Source: Ginglymostoma cirratum (taxonomy: Eukaryota). Taken from it: a stretch of 64,000 nucleotides of DNA. Below are positions 62,705-64,000 of this stretch, one piece after another. The position numbers and the translations under genes are program-made. The notes beneath the pieces are model-generated. The model was not told where the DNA came from. It saw only the letters and a program-made list of their open reading frames with translations, and made no database searches. The stretch is from positions 15,168,385-15,232,384 of the forward strand of contig JAHRHZ010000041.1 in the NCBI GenBank assembly GCA_024137785.1. The letters are read 5' to 3'. How positions within the stretch are numbered: the stretch's first letter is position 1; each line of letters starts with the position of its first letter.

Positions 62705-63309
62705 AAGAGTTAAATATCGGATGAGGTGGGTGAGGGGGTACACAGTTCAGCTTCGCATTTATAATACATGCTACGTATGTGAGGTAATCCATAGAATAAA
62801 GTGGAAATCCATAATCTGATGTGCACTCCTCCAGAGTGCGCTTAGAGATTGGAAATTCCCTAGTGGAAATCAAAGAAAGATGAGAATTTCCACTCTTACA
62901 CTGTTAGTCTTGTGATACCAACATTTTAAATTTACACTTGGTTGAATCAGGTACAACTGGGCTTTTGATAGTATATCAAATTCATAATTACTGCAAAATA
63001 CTCTCACTAACCCTGCAAAGCAAGAATTATATTTGTAGAATGCCAAATTTATCCATTACAAATGAAAACTAAATTCAAAAACCACTTACTTTCAAAATTT
63101 ATTTAATTTTTACCTTAGCTTCTGCATTAATCTACCCACAATCATTTATTTCTCCATCTGAATTAAAAGGAGTGACAGATTGCAAGTGCTTTCAATGTCC
63201 TGCTTTGTAGCATATGAACACTTGCACATGGATGGCCTTGACATGGTTCTAGATTTAAGTGGTATGAGAAGAGGGGGAAATTGTGTCTGTCTGGCGATCA
63301 CTAGATCTT

Positions 63310-63450
63310 AAAACAAAATGCAAGAACTGCGATGCTGGAAAAATCAGAAAAAAAAAAACAAACTGCTGGAGAAACTCAGCAAATCCACCAGCATCTGTGG
63401 AGACAGAAACTGAATTAATGGTCCGGGTCTAGTGACCCTTCTTCAGAACT
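63310..63450 (-). mobile_element. PLE-terminus element
   Basis: gatgctggaa...ctgctggagaaactcagc...gggtctagtgacccttcttcagaac (rc CTGAAGA box; GAAAC box mutated). Confidence 0.7.
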
Positions 63451-63464
63451 GGGTCCAGCTCTTT

Positions 63465-63795
63465 TTAGAATTTAGAATCACTACACAGTGTGGAAACAGG
63501 CCCTTCGGCCCAACAAGTCCACATCGACCATTGCAACCTCCCACCCAGACCCATCCCCCTTATAACCCACCTAACCTACACATCCCTGAACACTACAGGC
63601 AATTTAGCATGGCCAATCCACCTAACCTGCACATCTTTGGACTGTGGGAGGAAAGCGGAGCACCCGGAGGAAACCCACACAGACACAGGGAGAATGTGCA
63701 AACTCCACACAGACAGTCACCCGAGGGTGGAATTGAACCCTGGTCCCTGGCGCTGTAAGGCAGCAGGGCTAACCACTGAGCCACCAAGCCACCCT
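63465..63795 (-). mobile_element. HE1/V-SINE, full length
   Basis: cagtgtggaaacaggcccttcggcccaacaagtccac...catctttggactgtgggaggaaa...aactccacacagacagtcacccgag...gctaaccactgagccacc. Confidence 0.92.
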
Positions 63796-63814
63796 TTCTG
63801 GGAAGCTTAGACGA

Positions 63815-64000
63815 AGGAAAACTGGAGTAGGCCATCTGACTCTTCAAACCTAGTCTGGCATTCAGCAAGATAATGCCTGACCCACTTCATTTCACGCATC
63901 TCACATTGGTCCTATATCCCTCAAGGTCACTTAGCAGCCAAAAATCTATCAACTACTGACCAGACTAAGAATCTACAGCTCCCTGCAGTGGTTATTTCCG
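63815..64000 (-). mobile_element. CR1-type LINE 3' end
   Basis: ggagtaggccatctgactcttcaaacct...cattcagcaagataatgcctga...aaaaatctatcaac. Confidence 0.7.

Noticed and set aside
1-64000. CRISPR arrays, rRNA, prokaryotic operons or a named host gene
   Set aside because: No regularly spaced repeat-spacer array or rRNA similarity. The sequence is vertebrate non-coding DNA, and no coding exon of a recognisable gene was found, so no gene symbol is given.

Overview
Eukaryotic, AT-rich, repeat-dense and almost entirely non-coding genomic DNA. The repeat complement (HE1/V-SINEs, CR1/HER1-type LINE fragments, Deu-domain SINEs, Neptune- and Poseidon-type Penelope-like elements) points to a cartilaginous fish (shark). 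Most entries in the ORF track are chance or repeat-derived. Supported content: two GIY-YIG Penelope-like element (PLE) fragments; about 20 short PLE-terminus elements in three sequence families, carrying minimal hammerhead-ribozyme (HHR) motifs and often folded back head-to-head with 16-17 bp flanking direct repeats; two decayed Gypsy fragments (RT and gag); a 626-bp solo LTR with a 4-bp TSD; MITE-like palindromes; many SINE/LINE fragments; and a 400-N assembly gap. The most interesting non-repeat signals are (i) a minus-strand recursive-splice-site motif (polyY-CTAG|GTAAGT) followed by a 76-nt exon with stops in all frames at about 13.2 kb, suggesting a very long intron of a minus-strand gene, (ii) three in-phase, closely spaced plus-strand exons at about 62 kb ending in a stop codon and AATAAA (possible unannotated nested gene), and (iii) repeat-free blocks that look like conserved non-coding elements. 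All calls were made by eye and boundaries of decayed repeats are approximate.
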